NCBI GenBank assembly: GCA_963828195.1
Contig: CAWHDT010000005.1
Span: 384,001-448,000, forward strand
Direction of reading: 5' to 3'
Length of the DNA: 64,000 bases
From: Candidatus Bathyarchaeota archaeon
GTDB taxonomy: Archaea; Thermoproteota; Bathyarchaeia; Bathyarchaeales; Bathycorpusculaceae
Shown: positions 46,573-55,758 of the stretch, in pieces
Layout: the number at the start of each line of letters is the position of its first letter
Numbering within the stretch: position 1 is the stretch's first letter
Position numbers and translations under genes: made by a program
Notes under the pieces: model-generated
What the model saw: the letters and a program-made list of their open reading frames with translations, nothing else
Databases searched by the model: none
What the model was told of the DNA's origin: nothing

Positions 46573-46920
46573 TTATCCGGATTCTCTTCTGGTGGTTTTG
46601 CATTTTGTGCATCTGAAGAATGTAATTGTTGAATGAATAGTCTCGTCTGCAGCTTCAACAGACCAAGTTTCGCTTTCGGTATTTCCGCATTTTTCGCAGA
46701 CCACATGGATTGTTGGAAGCAGCCTAAGCATTGCCTCTTTGCTTTGGTCTATAACAGCGATTTCAGCTCCTTTGCCAAGATGTAGGCTTATTTTTTTGTT
46801 TGATTCTTTAGGCTCCGTTGGTTTTTGGTATTTGCATTTTGGGCATCTAAGTGTGGAGGAGTCTTTTTTCGTTGTTTGAAGTATAGATCCGCATTTTGGG
46901 CAGAAGTCCATTGCATTCAC
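46573..46920 (-). CDS. TFS/RpoM-family zinc-ribbon transcription factor paralog
   Basis: FCPKCGS, CPKC, CEKCGN...AADE...FFRCTKC. Confidence 0.82.
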   Translation of the reverse strand: MNAMDFCPKCGSILQTTKKDSSTLRCPKCKYQKPTEPKESNKKISLHLGKGAEIAVIDQSKEAMLRLLPTIHVVCEKCGNTESETWSVEAADETIHSTITFFRCTKCKTTRRESG

Positions 46921-47326
46921 CTGAGTGGAGGCTTTTTAGCTAAAATGATTCTTATGTATTGCGACTCTTACGTTACAAATAATTCAATTAATGTTCTATT
47001 TGGTGCAAATGGTACCTAAATCGAGCGGAAACACAGATGCATTCCCTTTTTTATGTCGGTTGAAGCTTGTTTAATCAGCCTTGTTCACTAGGCTGAATCA
47101 ATAAAGTTTTTATTTTAACTCTGAAATATTCTCTATTAGGCATGAAGAACCAAAAAAAGAACCGCAAAGAAATCTTGGCCGATATTCTAAATCAACAAAG
47201 TCCATAGCGGTTCGTAAAATATTGAATTCTTAAACGAGAACATGCGCCTTAGGTTCTGGCAAAGGCGGCAGTTAGTGGATGTACCAAATCTTATAACTTC
47301 ATCCATGAAGGAAAACATCTCGCAGA

Positions 47327-48094
47327 TTAACCCAAGTCTATTCGGAGCAACTTACCTATTAATAATTCAAGTTCGCTGAACCTTTCTCTATCCAATATAC
47401 AGTCTGCTTTGAATTTGGCTTCATTAAAGTTAGCAGTTGAATTTCTTATCAGGATAGTTTTCATACCTATTTGTTCTGCACCAGCAACATCCACAGCAGG
47501 GTTATCTCCAACATACACGCAACTTGCAGGCGCGATTTTTAGAAGATCACAGATTTTGATAAATGGTTGCTTGTGAGGTTTTGTTTCCTTTGTGTCCTCT
47601 CCTGAAACAACAATTGCATCAAAAAATTCGATTAGTCCAGACGAGCATAGCCTTTGATATTTCATTCCTTTTAGCCCATCAGTATCGCTAACCATTCCTA
47701 AATGCATATTCTTCATCTTAAGAGAAACAAGCAAATCCACCGCTCCAGGATATGGAAGAGAATATTTGACTATGGTACGCCAGTAGCTCAGAACGGCTTC
47801 AGATAAGACTTGCCGGGGCAGCTTCAAAGCGGGAGTGCAGTATCTTTTAACTGCTTCTGAAAACCAAACTTTTCTATCATAAATCAGCTTTGCAGACATT
47901 TCCCTATCAACATCAGAAATAAGGGCAACCATAGCTTCTTTGTTTATTTTGCAACCTCGTTCTTTTCCATAATCTGCAAGAATATTGGCAACTTCAATGT
48001 GGGCAAGTTCTCTACAAGTATAAGAGTCCATTAATGTGCCATCAAAATCGAATATTACCCCAAATTGTGAGGGCGCTCTAGCGGCTTCCAACAC
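47327..48094 (-). CDS. HAD-superfamily hydrolase
   Basis: FDFDGTL, KP, YVGDNPAVD. Confidence 0.88.
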   Translation of the reverse strand: MLEAARAPSQFGVIFDFDGTLMDSYTCRELAHIEVANILADYGKERGCKINKEAMVALISDVDREMSAKLIYDRKVWFSEAVKRYCTPALKLPRQVLSEAVLSYWRTIVKYSLPYPGAVDLLVSLKMKNMHLGMVSDTDGLKGMKYQRLCSSGLIEFFDAIVVSGEDTKETKPHKQPFIKICDLLKIAPASCVYVGDNPAVDVAGAEQIGMKTILIRNSTANFNEAKFKADCILDRERFSELELLIGKLLRIDLG

Positions 48095-48140
48095 ATCAAC
48101 TCACTGTCTTCTGCATACTTTTTCCAGCCCGCACTTTGCG

Positions 48141-48824
48141 CTATTTGTCAAAGCCAAGTATCATATTGAGCTTATCCAAAGCTCGGTCTGAGGCTTCTTT
48201 GTCTGGAAACTCAAGGTCATCTTCCTTTGGTTCGGTGCCGGCAAAAAGGCAAAGTGCCTCAATACCCTTTCGTTTTGACAAGCCAAATACCAACCCTGAG
48301 AAGCCCATGAAGGGTCCTTTGTATCTTATGTCGATGCTGTATTTTTCTTTCATCTCAGCGACTAATTCTTTGCTGGTAGCAGCGCAGCATATTTTCTTGT
48401 CCTTTGAACCGTAACCTGCAATAACTATTATTCTTTTCACGTGGTTTTCAGCTAGGAAATCTAGAACTTTTATGGCAACTTCATATTGGCCTTCAAAATT
48501 TGCGTGATATCCCTTTGTAATGATTAAAGAAGGGGAGAAACTAGTGTAGAACTCGACTTTGGGAAAGTCTGCTTCGCCGGATTCAACAATAACTCCTCCA
48601 AAGCCAGGCAACGTTGGATCGGCAGCATAAGAAGGCTTAGTTTCGTAGATGGAAGGCATATGCATGGAATACAGGTCTGCAATTTTCGTTGCTTTGGTTT
48701 TCGCTATGAGACTATCCATAACAAGTTTGCCTATAGACCTCAACCCGGGCGATCCAACAACAGCTATGGGGTCGATAACTTTGGCGTCGCCGCGGCGTTC
48801 TATCCACGTTTCTTTTTTCATCAA
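48141..48824 (-). CDS. PAC2-family proteasome assembly chaperone-like protein
   Basis: VGSPGLRSIGKLV, GQYEVA, GFSGLV. Confidence 0.8.
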   Translation of the reverse strand: MMKKETWIERRGDAKVIDPIAVVGSPGLRSIGKLVMDSLIAKTKATKIADLYSMHMPSIYETKPSYAADPTLPGFGGVIVESGEADFPKVEFYTSFSPSLIITKGYHANFEGQYEVAIKVLDFLAENHVKRIIVIAGYGSKDKKICCAATSKELVAEMKEKYSIDIRYKGPFMGFSGLVFGLSKRKGIEALCLFAGTEPKEDDLEFPDKEASDRALDKLNMILGFDK

Positions 48825-48835
48825 TGCATCCTCAG

Positions 48836-49621
48836 TTAAGTGACGTAGGCGGGCTTCTTACCTGAACCGGCCATTTGTTCTCTTATTCGACGCTCAATTT
48901 CAACCAATTTCGCAATTGTCTCATCCATTTGCGCCACTTGCTTGTCCATCGGCTCCATATCTACTTTCAAATTCAACATTGAAGACAAAACTTTCAAAGC
49001 CGCCTTCGCCGCCCGGGGATCTATAACGTATTCTCCAGTGGGAGTTTGGTACCCGTGAGTTTCCGCAAGCAAACAGGCTCCTTCCACGTTTTTCTTTTTG
49101 GCAAGACCTGTTATTATGCCGTTTTCGCCACCGATGACTCCATCCTCCAGAAACTGGGCTCCATGCGTTTTAGCTTCTTCAAGTAGAGCTAATGTTGTCG
49201 TGGTACAGTAAACGTTTGGTGCCTCAAAGGGTCTCTCAGTTACGTAGGCTGCAACGGAGTATATTCTCTGCACGCTATTTTTGATTGCCCAATCCAACAC
49301 CGCATCCGCAACCTCGTACTGGCCTTCAGGAGAATAAGCCTGCGAGTTGCCCGTGAGAAAAACGATTGTTCGTCCCGATTCTTCTTTGAATAGGTGGAGT
49401 TCGTTTCGAAGAAGCTCAACAAGTCCGTCTTCTTTAATAACGACAAAGGGCGGAAAATACTTTGAGTAAACTTCCCCAACCAGTTCAGCTTTGAGTTGCT
49501 GAATGAGGTAGTCAACTGAAAGTTTCCCAATGTAAGCTGTTCCAGGCAACCCACACACGAGTATTAATTGATTAGGCGTAAACTCCTTTAGCATTTTGAT
49601 TTCAACACTCATAAGATGCAA
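48836..49621 (-). CDS. PAC2-family proteasome assembly chaperone-like protein
   Basis: GLPGTAYIGKL, FPPFV, TGNSQ, EGQYEV, CLLAET, DPRAAK. Confidence 0.87.
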   Translation of the reverse strand: MHLMSVEIKMLKEFTPNQLILVCGLPGTAYIGKLSVDYLIQQLKAELVGEVYSKYFPPFVVIKEDGLVELLRNELHLFKEESGRTIVFLTGNSQAYSPEGQYEVADAVLDWAIKNSVQRIYSVAAYVTERPFEAPNVYCTTTTLALLEEAKTHGAQFLEDGVIGGENGIITGLAKKKNVEGACLLAETHGYQTPTGEYVIDPRAAKAALKVLSSMLNLKVDMEPMDKQVAQMDETIAKLVEIERRIREQMAGSGKKPAYVT

Positions 49622-49699
49622 ACCAACTTCGATTCAAGATAAGTAGTGACACAAATGAACTTTTTGTTTGAACCCCTGCAGAACACCCAAAAGCACCCG

Positions 49700-50230
49700 C
49701 TTTCCAGATCACGTTGGTGTGTTTTTGGCAGATATTTTTAAGTTGCGACTTTTGGGCTGGCGTAAGTTGCGACTTTCCGTTTTGGGTCTTTGCGTTTTGG
49801 GTTGCTTTGGTTGTTTGGGGTTGAAAAGGCTTTGTTTGTTGCGACTTTGGGATGGGCGGATGCGACTTTCCATGTTGAATCTATGTTGACGGCACTGTCG
49901 CGTATGGGCGGGTGCCGGGGGATTCTTTGTTCGCCGGGCAACATGAAAGACCGTGAACACCAACAATTCGACGCCGCCACCAGCACAAACAAAGAAAAGC
50001 TTACACCGGCTAAACCGCCACAGAACAAAACCGTCCAGCAACCCCCCGCCACCGACAAAACCCAACAACTAAACAAACAACAACAACACCTACACCAAAA
50101 AACAAACGCCTAATGTTTAGCCATTCCCAGAACAGCCACGATGACATGACTTGGGCGCTGGCTTGGCAGTTTCGCGGTGCATGCAAACAGGTCTTCTGGT
50201 TGTTGGTGCAGTGCTTCCACACTGAGATAA
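49700..50230 (+). repeat. Dispersed iteron-containing element, copy B
   Basis: TGCGACTTT at 49744, 49768, 49840, 49861; colinear with copy C; ends approximate. Confidence 0.9.
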
Positions 50231-50337
50231 AGCCGAGCCTTTTCCGTCTCCGCTTTTTAGACTTTTATGTTGCTTTGTAGGTTTTTGTTGCGGCAAAGTT
50301 AAGTAGTACTTTTGTTAAGTTGTACTTGTGTTAAGGC

Positions 50338-50565
50338 ATGACTGAAGTTGTAGTTACCAGGAAGGGGCAGGTAACCATACCCATAGAGATAAGAAAAAAG
50401 TTTGGCATAGAGGAGAGCTCAAAAGTAGAGATTGTTGAGCAAAACGGCATGATCGTGATTAAAAAGCGCCCGAGCATTTTTGATTTGGCAGGCAGCGGCG
50501 CTGGAAAAGGCAACGTTGCCGAGTTGAAAAAGATGCTGGATCAAATGAGGGACGAAGATGCCTGA
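50338..50565 (+). CDS. AbrB/MazE-family antitoxin
   Basis: VTRKGQVTIPIEIRKKFGI. Confidence 0.9.
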   Translation: MTEVVVTRKGQVTIPIEIRKKFGIEESSKVEIVEQNGMIVIKKRPSIFDLAGSGAGKGNVAELKKMLDQMRDEDA

Positions 50566-50947
50566 CAGGCGTCTATATGACACCCGCTTTTTTGTTGAGT
50601 ACTTCTACAGCGAGGATGGAGAGCGTTTAAGAAAGCTCAAGGAGGAATTGCGGTTAGTTAAGGAAAGGATGGTTTCATCATTAACCGTCCATGAGATTCA
50701 CCGCATCAATTTTCTGCGGCAGGGAAAAGATGTTGCAGACCTTAGAAGCAGCACGATAAGACGCGACTTTAAAGTCATCGACGTCGATTACCAGACAGCA
50801 ATAAAAAGTGCGGAAATAAGAACCAAACACAAAATGCCAATGGCTGACAGCGTAATCGCAGCAACAGCCCAAATCTATGAATGCACCCTATTTTCAGACG
50901 ACAATCACTTTAAAGAAATAGAGAACCTAAAAACAAAATGGTGCTAA
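50558..50947 (+). CDS. vapC: VapC-family PIN toxin
   Basis: YDTRFF, TVHE, MADSVIAATA, SDDNHF. Confidence 0.9.
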   Translation: MPDRRLYDTRFFVEYFYSEDGERLRKLKEELRLVKERMVSSLTVHEIHRINFLRQGKDVADLRSSTIRRDFKVIDVDYQTAIKSAEIRTKHKMPMADSVIAATAQIYECTLFSDDNHFKEIENLKTKWC

Positions 50948-50989
50948 ATGACCTTATTCACCCAATCGCTCAGTTATCGCACATTTGCC

Positions 50990-51090
50990 GCTGTCCAGCA
51001 ACTGAATAAACAACCAATATACCTACACCAAAAACAGAGACCTACAATAATGCCACCGCAAAACAGCCTCAACATGATTTGTGCGCTATC
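50990..51090 (+). repeat. Partial (right-arm) copy of the dispersed element
   Basis: gtccagcaac...cctacaccaaaaaca...gccaccgcaaaacagcc..aacatga matches the right arms of copies B and C. Confidence 0.65.
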
Positions 51091-51156
51091 GCTCTTTGAG
51101 AAGCAGCTTTTTCAAATTTATAAGACGCTTCCTGCATTCATATCAAGTAGTGATCT

Positions 51157-51378
51157 TTGATGGCGAAGACAGTACACTTAGATGAGGAAGATCGTAAACT
51201 TCTCGCTGAAACCAAGCAAAAGCTCGATGAAGCAACCAAGCTTATGGGGGAACGGATGGAAACCTTCGAAATTTTAAGCGACCCCGAAATGGTAAAAGCC
51301 ATAGAGGAAGGGCAAGCAGACATTAAAGCTGGAAGAGTAAAAGAGTTACGGACACTTCTAAAGGAAGACGCCTGTTGA
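51157..51378 (+). CDS. RelB-like antitoxin
   Basis: ETFEILSDPEMVKAIEEGQADIKAGRV C-terminal motif. Confidence 0.7.
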   Translation: MMAKTVHLDEEDRKLLAETKQKLDEATKLMGERMETFEILSDPEMVKAIEEGQADIKAGRVKELRTLLKEDAC

Positions 51379-51425
51379 AACCCAAGTGCACGGTTGTTTT
51401 ATCCAGACAAGCAGAGCATTTCTAG
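51375..51425 (+). pseudogene. Stub of a RelE/ParE-like toxin
   Basis: TTGA-coupled MKPKCTVVLSRQAEHF* resembles a RelE N-terminal strand-helix; ends at the helicase 3' end. Confidence 0.5.
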
Positions 51426-53695
51426 CCTTCCAGCATCACTAAAAGCCTTTTCAGAATTATGCTTGCTGCTTTCTTGTCTAAGGGTTTGTTTTCGTTTCCG
51501 CATTTGGGCGAGTAGATGCATGAGGGACAACCGTCTTTGCACTCGCAATTCTCAATCAGCTCTAAGGTTTTTTCGAGTAAGGGTTTTATGTTTTGGTAGA
51601 GGTTTTCTGAAATTCCGATCCCGCCTTCAAAGCCGTCATAAATGAAAATCGTTGGGTTCCCCGTGTCCGGATGCAGAGGAGTCGATAAGCCTCCAATGTC
51701 CCATCGGTCACACATCGCAAAAATCGGCGACATCGCAATCATCGCATGCTCAACCGCGTGAATTCCCCCGTCAAAATCGAGCTCGCCATCTTCGATTTCC
51801 CTCTTGATCTCCTCAGGAATAATAAACCACATGCCAACCGTTGAAAACGATAACGGCGGGAGATTAAGCGGTTTTCTCTCAACAACCTCATCATATGATT
51901 TGGTGACATAGGTGTGGTAAAATTCCGTTGTAATTAATTCGCCTAAGCCAACCTGGATTCCGATTTGTTTTTCTTCAAGAGTTCTCTTTATGGCGACATC
52001 AACGGTTTTTAGTGCTTCCGTGTAGTAGTTGACGTTTTCCTGTGTGACTTTAGCTGTTAATTTGTTGAGGTCTAATTCTTCAGAGATGTAAGTTTCGCCC
52101 TGATGAAGCAAAACTGCGCCCGCGTATGCTTCCTCGTAGGCCTTGTTTAAGGAGAGGGTTTCAAGTACGGTTCCGTTACAGGTTACGGTGACGGTTTTGT
52201 CGGAGATACTCTCCAACGTTACAACCTCGACAGGCCTTGCAGTTCCCGAATAGACGTATCCCCTCGGCGTTTTGCGAACCAGATTTTGTCGTTCCAGAGC
52301 TTGAACGCTTTCTTGGAATAGTTCGGGGAAATATTTTTTGTCGGCCTCTGTCAGGGGCAGCTCGCTTGCCGCACACATAATGTGCCCCAAAGAAATGTAG
52401 CGGTTATGCAAATCAATAATGGCTTGTTCATGTGACCTTCCAAAGAAGTCTTTGGGATGCTTCATGAAGTATTGGTCAAGAGGGTTCTGAAAAGCAACCA
52501 GCGTTACAAGTGAATCTGCGTTGGTTCTGCCTGCTCTTCCCGCCTGCTGCCAAGTCGATATGACAGTTCCCGGGTAACCAGAGATAATCACTGAATCCAA
52601 AGAACCAATATCGATGCCCAATTCGAGTGCGTTGGTTGACACAACACCGATCAAGCTTTTTGTCTTTAGCCTGTTCTCTATTTCCCGCCGTTCTTGAGGC
52701 AGATAACCTGCTCGGTAAGCTGTAACGGAGTTGGCTAGTTTTGGTGATCTTTTTTTGAGGTCTTCTTTGGTCCATCTTGTTATAAGCTCAGCCATTTGGC
52801 GGGATGTTGTAAAGCAGAGGGTTTGGAGGTTTTTTGTGATGTTTAGGGTTAGGAGGTCTTTGGTTTCTTGATGAGTGGATCTTCGTGTGGTGTTGGTGTC
52901 GTCGATGAATGGTGGGTTCCAGAAGAGGAATGATTTTTTTCCTCTTGGGGCGCCGTCGTTTGAGATGATTTCGAAGTCTTTTCCCGTCAGTTTCTTGGCG
53001 TGTTCTTGGGGGTTTGCGATGGTGGCTGATGAGAGGATGATTTGTGGGTCGGCGTGGTAATAATTGCATACTCTCATAAGACGTCTTAGGAGCATGGCTA
53101 CGTTTGAGCCAAATACGCCGCGGTAAACGTGGGCTTCATCGATTATGACGAATTTGAGGTTTCCAAGAAAGCTTCGCCACTTATAGTGCCATGGAAGGTA
53201 CTGGTGGAGCCCATATGGGTTGCTTAAGATGATTTTACTGTTTTCTCTTATGTTTGCCCTTTGACTTTGAGGAGTATCACCATCGTAAACGTTAGGGTAA
53301 GCTTGGATGCCCGTTTCTTTTTCCAGTTCTCTTAGAACCTTTAGCTGGTCATTTGTGAGCGCCTTAGTCGGGTAAAGGTAAAGTGCAGTCGCTTTGGGAT
53401 CTTTTGTGAGAGCTTCGAGGACAGGAATGTTGAAAGCTAAGGTTTTTCCTGAAGCTGTCGGAGTGACAATCGCCACGTTCTTGCCCGCTCTTGCTTTGTT
53501 TATGGCTTCAGCCTGATGCGAATAAAGATGGATGTCTCGGGTCAATAAGCAATTTTGAATATTTTGCGGCAGGGATTTTTCTAACTCGCCAAAACATGCT
53601 TCGTGCGGGGGAATTTCTTGTATGTGCACTATCTGTTTTTTGTAGCCTTGCATGTGCTTTATGCTTCGGATAAAGTCGTCTATCAAAGGTTCCAC
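51422..53695 (-). CDS. DEAD/DEAH helicase with a DUF1998 Zn/Fe domain (MrfA/YprA/Hrq family)
   Basis: TPTASGKT, DEAHVYRGVFGS, SATIAN, ELGIDIG, QQAGRAGR, HAVEHA, CECKDGCPSC...KC. Confidence 0.92.
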   Translation of the reverse strand: MEPLIDDFIRSIKHMQGYKKQIVHIQEIPPHEACFGELEKSLPQNIQNCLLTRDIHLYSHQAEAINKARAGKNVAIVTPTASGKTLAFNIPVLEALTKDPKATALYLYPTKALTNDQLKVLRELEKETGIQAYPNVYDGDTPQSQRANIRENSKIILSNPYGLHQYLPWHYKWRSFLGNLKFVIIDEAHVYRGVFGSNVAMLLRRLMRVCNYYHADPQIILSSATIANPQEHAKKLTGKDFEIISNDGAPRGKKSFLFWNPPFIDDTNTTRRSTHQETKDLLTLNITKNLQTLCFTTSRQMAELITRWTKEDLKKRSPKLANSVTAYRAGYLPQERREIENRLKTKSLIGVVSTNALELGIDIGSLDSVIISGYPGTVISTWQQAGRAGRTNADSLVTLVAFQNPLDQYFMKHPKDFFGRSHEQAIIDLHNRYISLGHIMCAASELPLTEADKKYFPELFQESVQALERQNLVRKTPRGYVYSGTARPVEVVTLESISDKTVTVTCNGTVLETLSLNKAYEEAYAGAVLLHQGETYISEELDLNKLTAKVTQENVNYYTEALKTVDVAIKRTLEEKQIGIQVGLGELITTEFYHTYVTKSYDEVVERKPLNLPPLSFSTVGMWFIIPEEIKREIEDGELDFDGGIHAVEHAMIAMSPIFAMCDRWDIGGLSTPLHPDTGNPTIFIYDGFEGGIGISENLYQNIKPLLEKTLELIENCECKDGCPSCIYSPKCGNENKPLDKKAASIILKRLLVMLEG

Positions 53696-54981
53696 TCCTC
53701 ATAAAGCTTGGAAAATAATGTTCCGAGGGTTAGCAGGTCTTGCCGGTTGTGCTCAACAATTGCGACGAGCGGTCCAGCATTTTTTGTTCTCAAGTAAGTT
53801 TCGTAGAAGTGAGGAACCAAGGCGCCCGGAATGTTGATGTCTCGCTTTATTCCGATGTATTGTTCGACGGTTTCTAGTTTACAATCCGCTAGTTTGTGAC
53901 GCAGTGCCCGTCTGGTGAAGTGGAGAACATCAAAATGCGGGTTATCCAGCGGCGCATCTAACCCATAGTAAGCTAATCTTTGCTTAATGTATGGAATATC
54001 AAAGCTTCTGCCATTATAGGTTATGAGTGACAAGTTGGGTTCAAGCTGCGAAATAAGCGCCCAAATCGCGCTGGGTTCATCCTGAATGTCTCTTAGCAAA
54101 AACTGGCTTGTGCAAACATGAGTTTTGGCTGGTTTAGCTATGCCTAGTAGAATTATGGGTCGCTCTGACAGCCCTAAGGTTTCGATGTCTACGATGGCGA
54201 AGTCTTGATCTTGGCAGAACCCGGCTAAATAATGAAGCAGCGGATGCGATTTGGGGAAGCGTTGCCATAGCCATTTTTGAATTTGGGGGATTTCTTTTTT
54301 GTTTATTATTTTCATGAAGTCATGGGCTTGTTTTTTCCAAAGGGGGTGATTTTCAAGGTCTACTATTGTTGTGTATCCTTGTTGTTTTAGGGTTTGTTCG
54401 CGTGCAGGTCCTATTCCGGGAAGAGCTTTCAGGTCTGAGATGATTTGTTGTCTGCTTTCCTGGTAAGTTGCTTTTTTAAAGGCAGAAATGCGCGAAGCTG
54501 AGATGTGGTAACATTCTCCCTGTTGATTTGAAACAATCTCGCCAGCTATGGCGTCTTGGAGGTTTTTGCCTTCGTATTGTTTGATGAGTTTCTTTTCAAG
54601 GTTCAATGCCTCGTCGTATTCGCTGCTCCAAATCCAGCTTTCAACCGCCGATTCAGCGGGGTGTTCCGTGGTTTTTTCTGTTTCAGAAATTACCTCATAC
54701 TCTTTTGAACGAGCAATTCTCTCGCTTAGACTTTCAGCCGCCCGTGTCAACGCGATTTTTTCTTTGAAAGAACCATTCTCGCCAATTGCGGAAGCTTGAT
54801 TGCCAAAGCTTTTTTGAGCCAACATTTGAGCATAACGGTCATCCCTAAAACTTCGCAGCAGAAAAGAACCGCACACCTTGCAAAACCTGCTCTGCTCATA
54901 CTCCAGATTCGAATAGGTTTTGTTGCACTTTCTGCAAACGTATTCTATTGGCAATTTATGTTCTGCCTTAAGTCTGTGCAA
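53683..54981 (-). CDS. MrfB/YprB-like RNase H-fold exonuclease with an N-terminal Zn ribbon and HhH
   Basis: CRKC..CKVC, LPGIGP, DIETLGL, TYNGRSFDIPY, HFD, HNRQD. Confidence 0.87.
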   Translation of the reverse strand: MHRLKAEHKLPIEYVCRKCNKTYSNLEYEQSRFCKVCGSFLLRSFRDDRYAQMLAQKSFGNQASAIGENGSFKEKIALTRAAESLSERIARSKEYEVISETEKTTEHPAESAVESWIWSSEYDEALNLEKKLIKQYEGKNLQDAIAGEIVSNQQGECYHISASRISAFKKATYQESRQQIISDLKALPGIGPAREQTLKQQGYTTIVDLENHPLWKKQAHDFMKIINKKEIPQIQKWLWQRFPKSHPLLHYLAGFCQDQDFAIVDIETLGLSERPIILLGIAKPAKTHVCTSQFLLRDIQDEPSAIWALISQLEPNLSLITYNGRSFDIPYIKQRLAYYGLDAPLDNPHFDVLHFTRRALRHKLADCKLETVEQYIGIKRDINIPGALVPHFYETYLRTKNAGPLVAIVEHNRQDLLTLGTLFSKLYEEWNL

Positions 54982-55065
54982 TGATTATAAAAGCCATTCT
55001 TTTATTTGGCCAAAAAGCCGAGGATAGCGTATTTAGCTGGGGATTTTTCAGTCTTAATTTTTTTA

Positions 55066-55600
55066 GATTTTCGAGATTTCGTTGGTGGGTTTTTGCAGAT
55101 ATTTTTAAGTTGCGACTTTTGGGCTGGCGTAAGTTGCGACTTTCCGCTCTGGGTCTTTGCGTTTTGGGTTGCTTTGGTTGTTTGGGGTTGGAAGGCGTTT
55201 GCGGGTTGCGACTTTAGGATGGGCGAATGCGACTTTCCATGTTGAATCTATGTTGACGGCACTGTCGCGTACGGACGGATGCCGAGGATCCTTTGTTCGC
55301 CGGGCAACATGAAAGACCGTGAACACCAACAATTCAGCGCCGCCACCCAGCACAAACAAAGAAAATCTCACACCAGCTAAACCACCACAGAACAAAACCG
55401 CCCAGCCACCCCCACCACCGCCAACCACGCCAACAACAAAACAAACAACAACACACCCACACCAAAAACAAACACCTACAACCTCAGCCACCCGCAAAAC
55501 AGCCACAACAACATGACATAGGCACTAACTTTAGCGGTTTCCTGCAGTATGCAGGTGCCTCCTACGGGTGCAGGAGTTGTAATGCTTGCACACTAAAGGA
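55066..55600 (+). repeat. Dispersed iteron-containing element, copy C
   Basis: 4x TGCGACTTT; colinear with copy B; ends approximate. Confidence 0.9.
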
Positions 55601-55646
55601 AAGGATTACGCCCTGTCGAGATATTATAAAACAAAGTCTAATCACA

Positions 55647-55692
55647 CTGCTTCTTACAAGGCAGCCGCTCTACTGGGCTGAGCTGTCAAGGC
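55647..55692 (-). pseudogene. Degenerate tRNA-Thr(TGT) 5' half
   Basis: GCCTTGA-CA-GCTC-AGCCCAGTA-GAGC-G-GCTGC-CTTGTAA-GAAGC; no recognisable T arm. Confidence 0.72.
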
Positions 55693-55758
55693 ACCAGATT
55701 CCACCAACAAATAAAAACCAACCCAAATAAAAGTCACTCTTAAAGTTATCAGACTGTG

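Noticed and set aside
47142-47207. 21-aa ORF resembling a wHTH N-terminus (RKEILADIL)
   Set aside because: Too short to support a pseudogene call
49668-50113. ORFs inside the dispersed element (KVAT-repeat, LRL-rich and Pro/Thr/Gln-rich ORFs; also 40165-40596 and 54981-55516)
   Set aside because: Starts and frames are not conserved between copies; open frames are explained by the extreme compositional skew
40300-55220. CRISPR array from the TGCGACTTT repeats
   Set aside because: Repeats are only 9-12 bp, spacing is irregular, spacers are shared between copies and no cas genes are present
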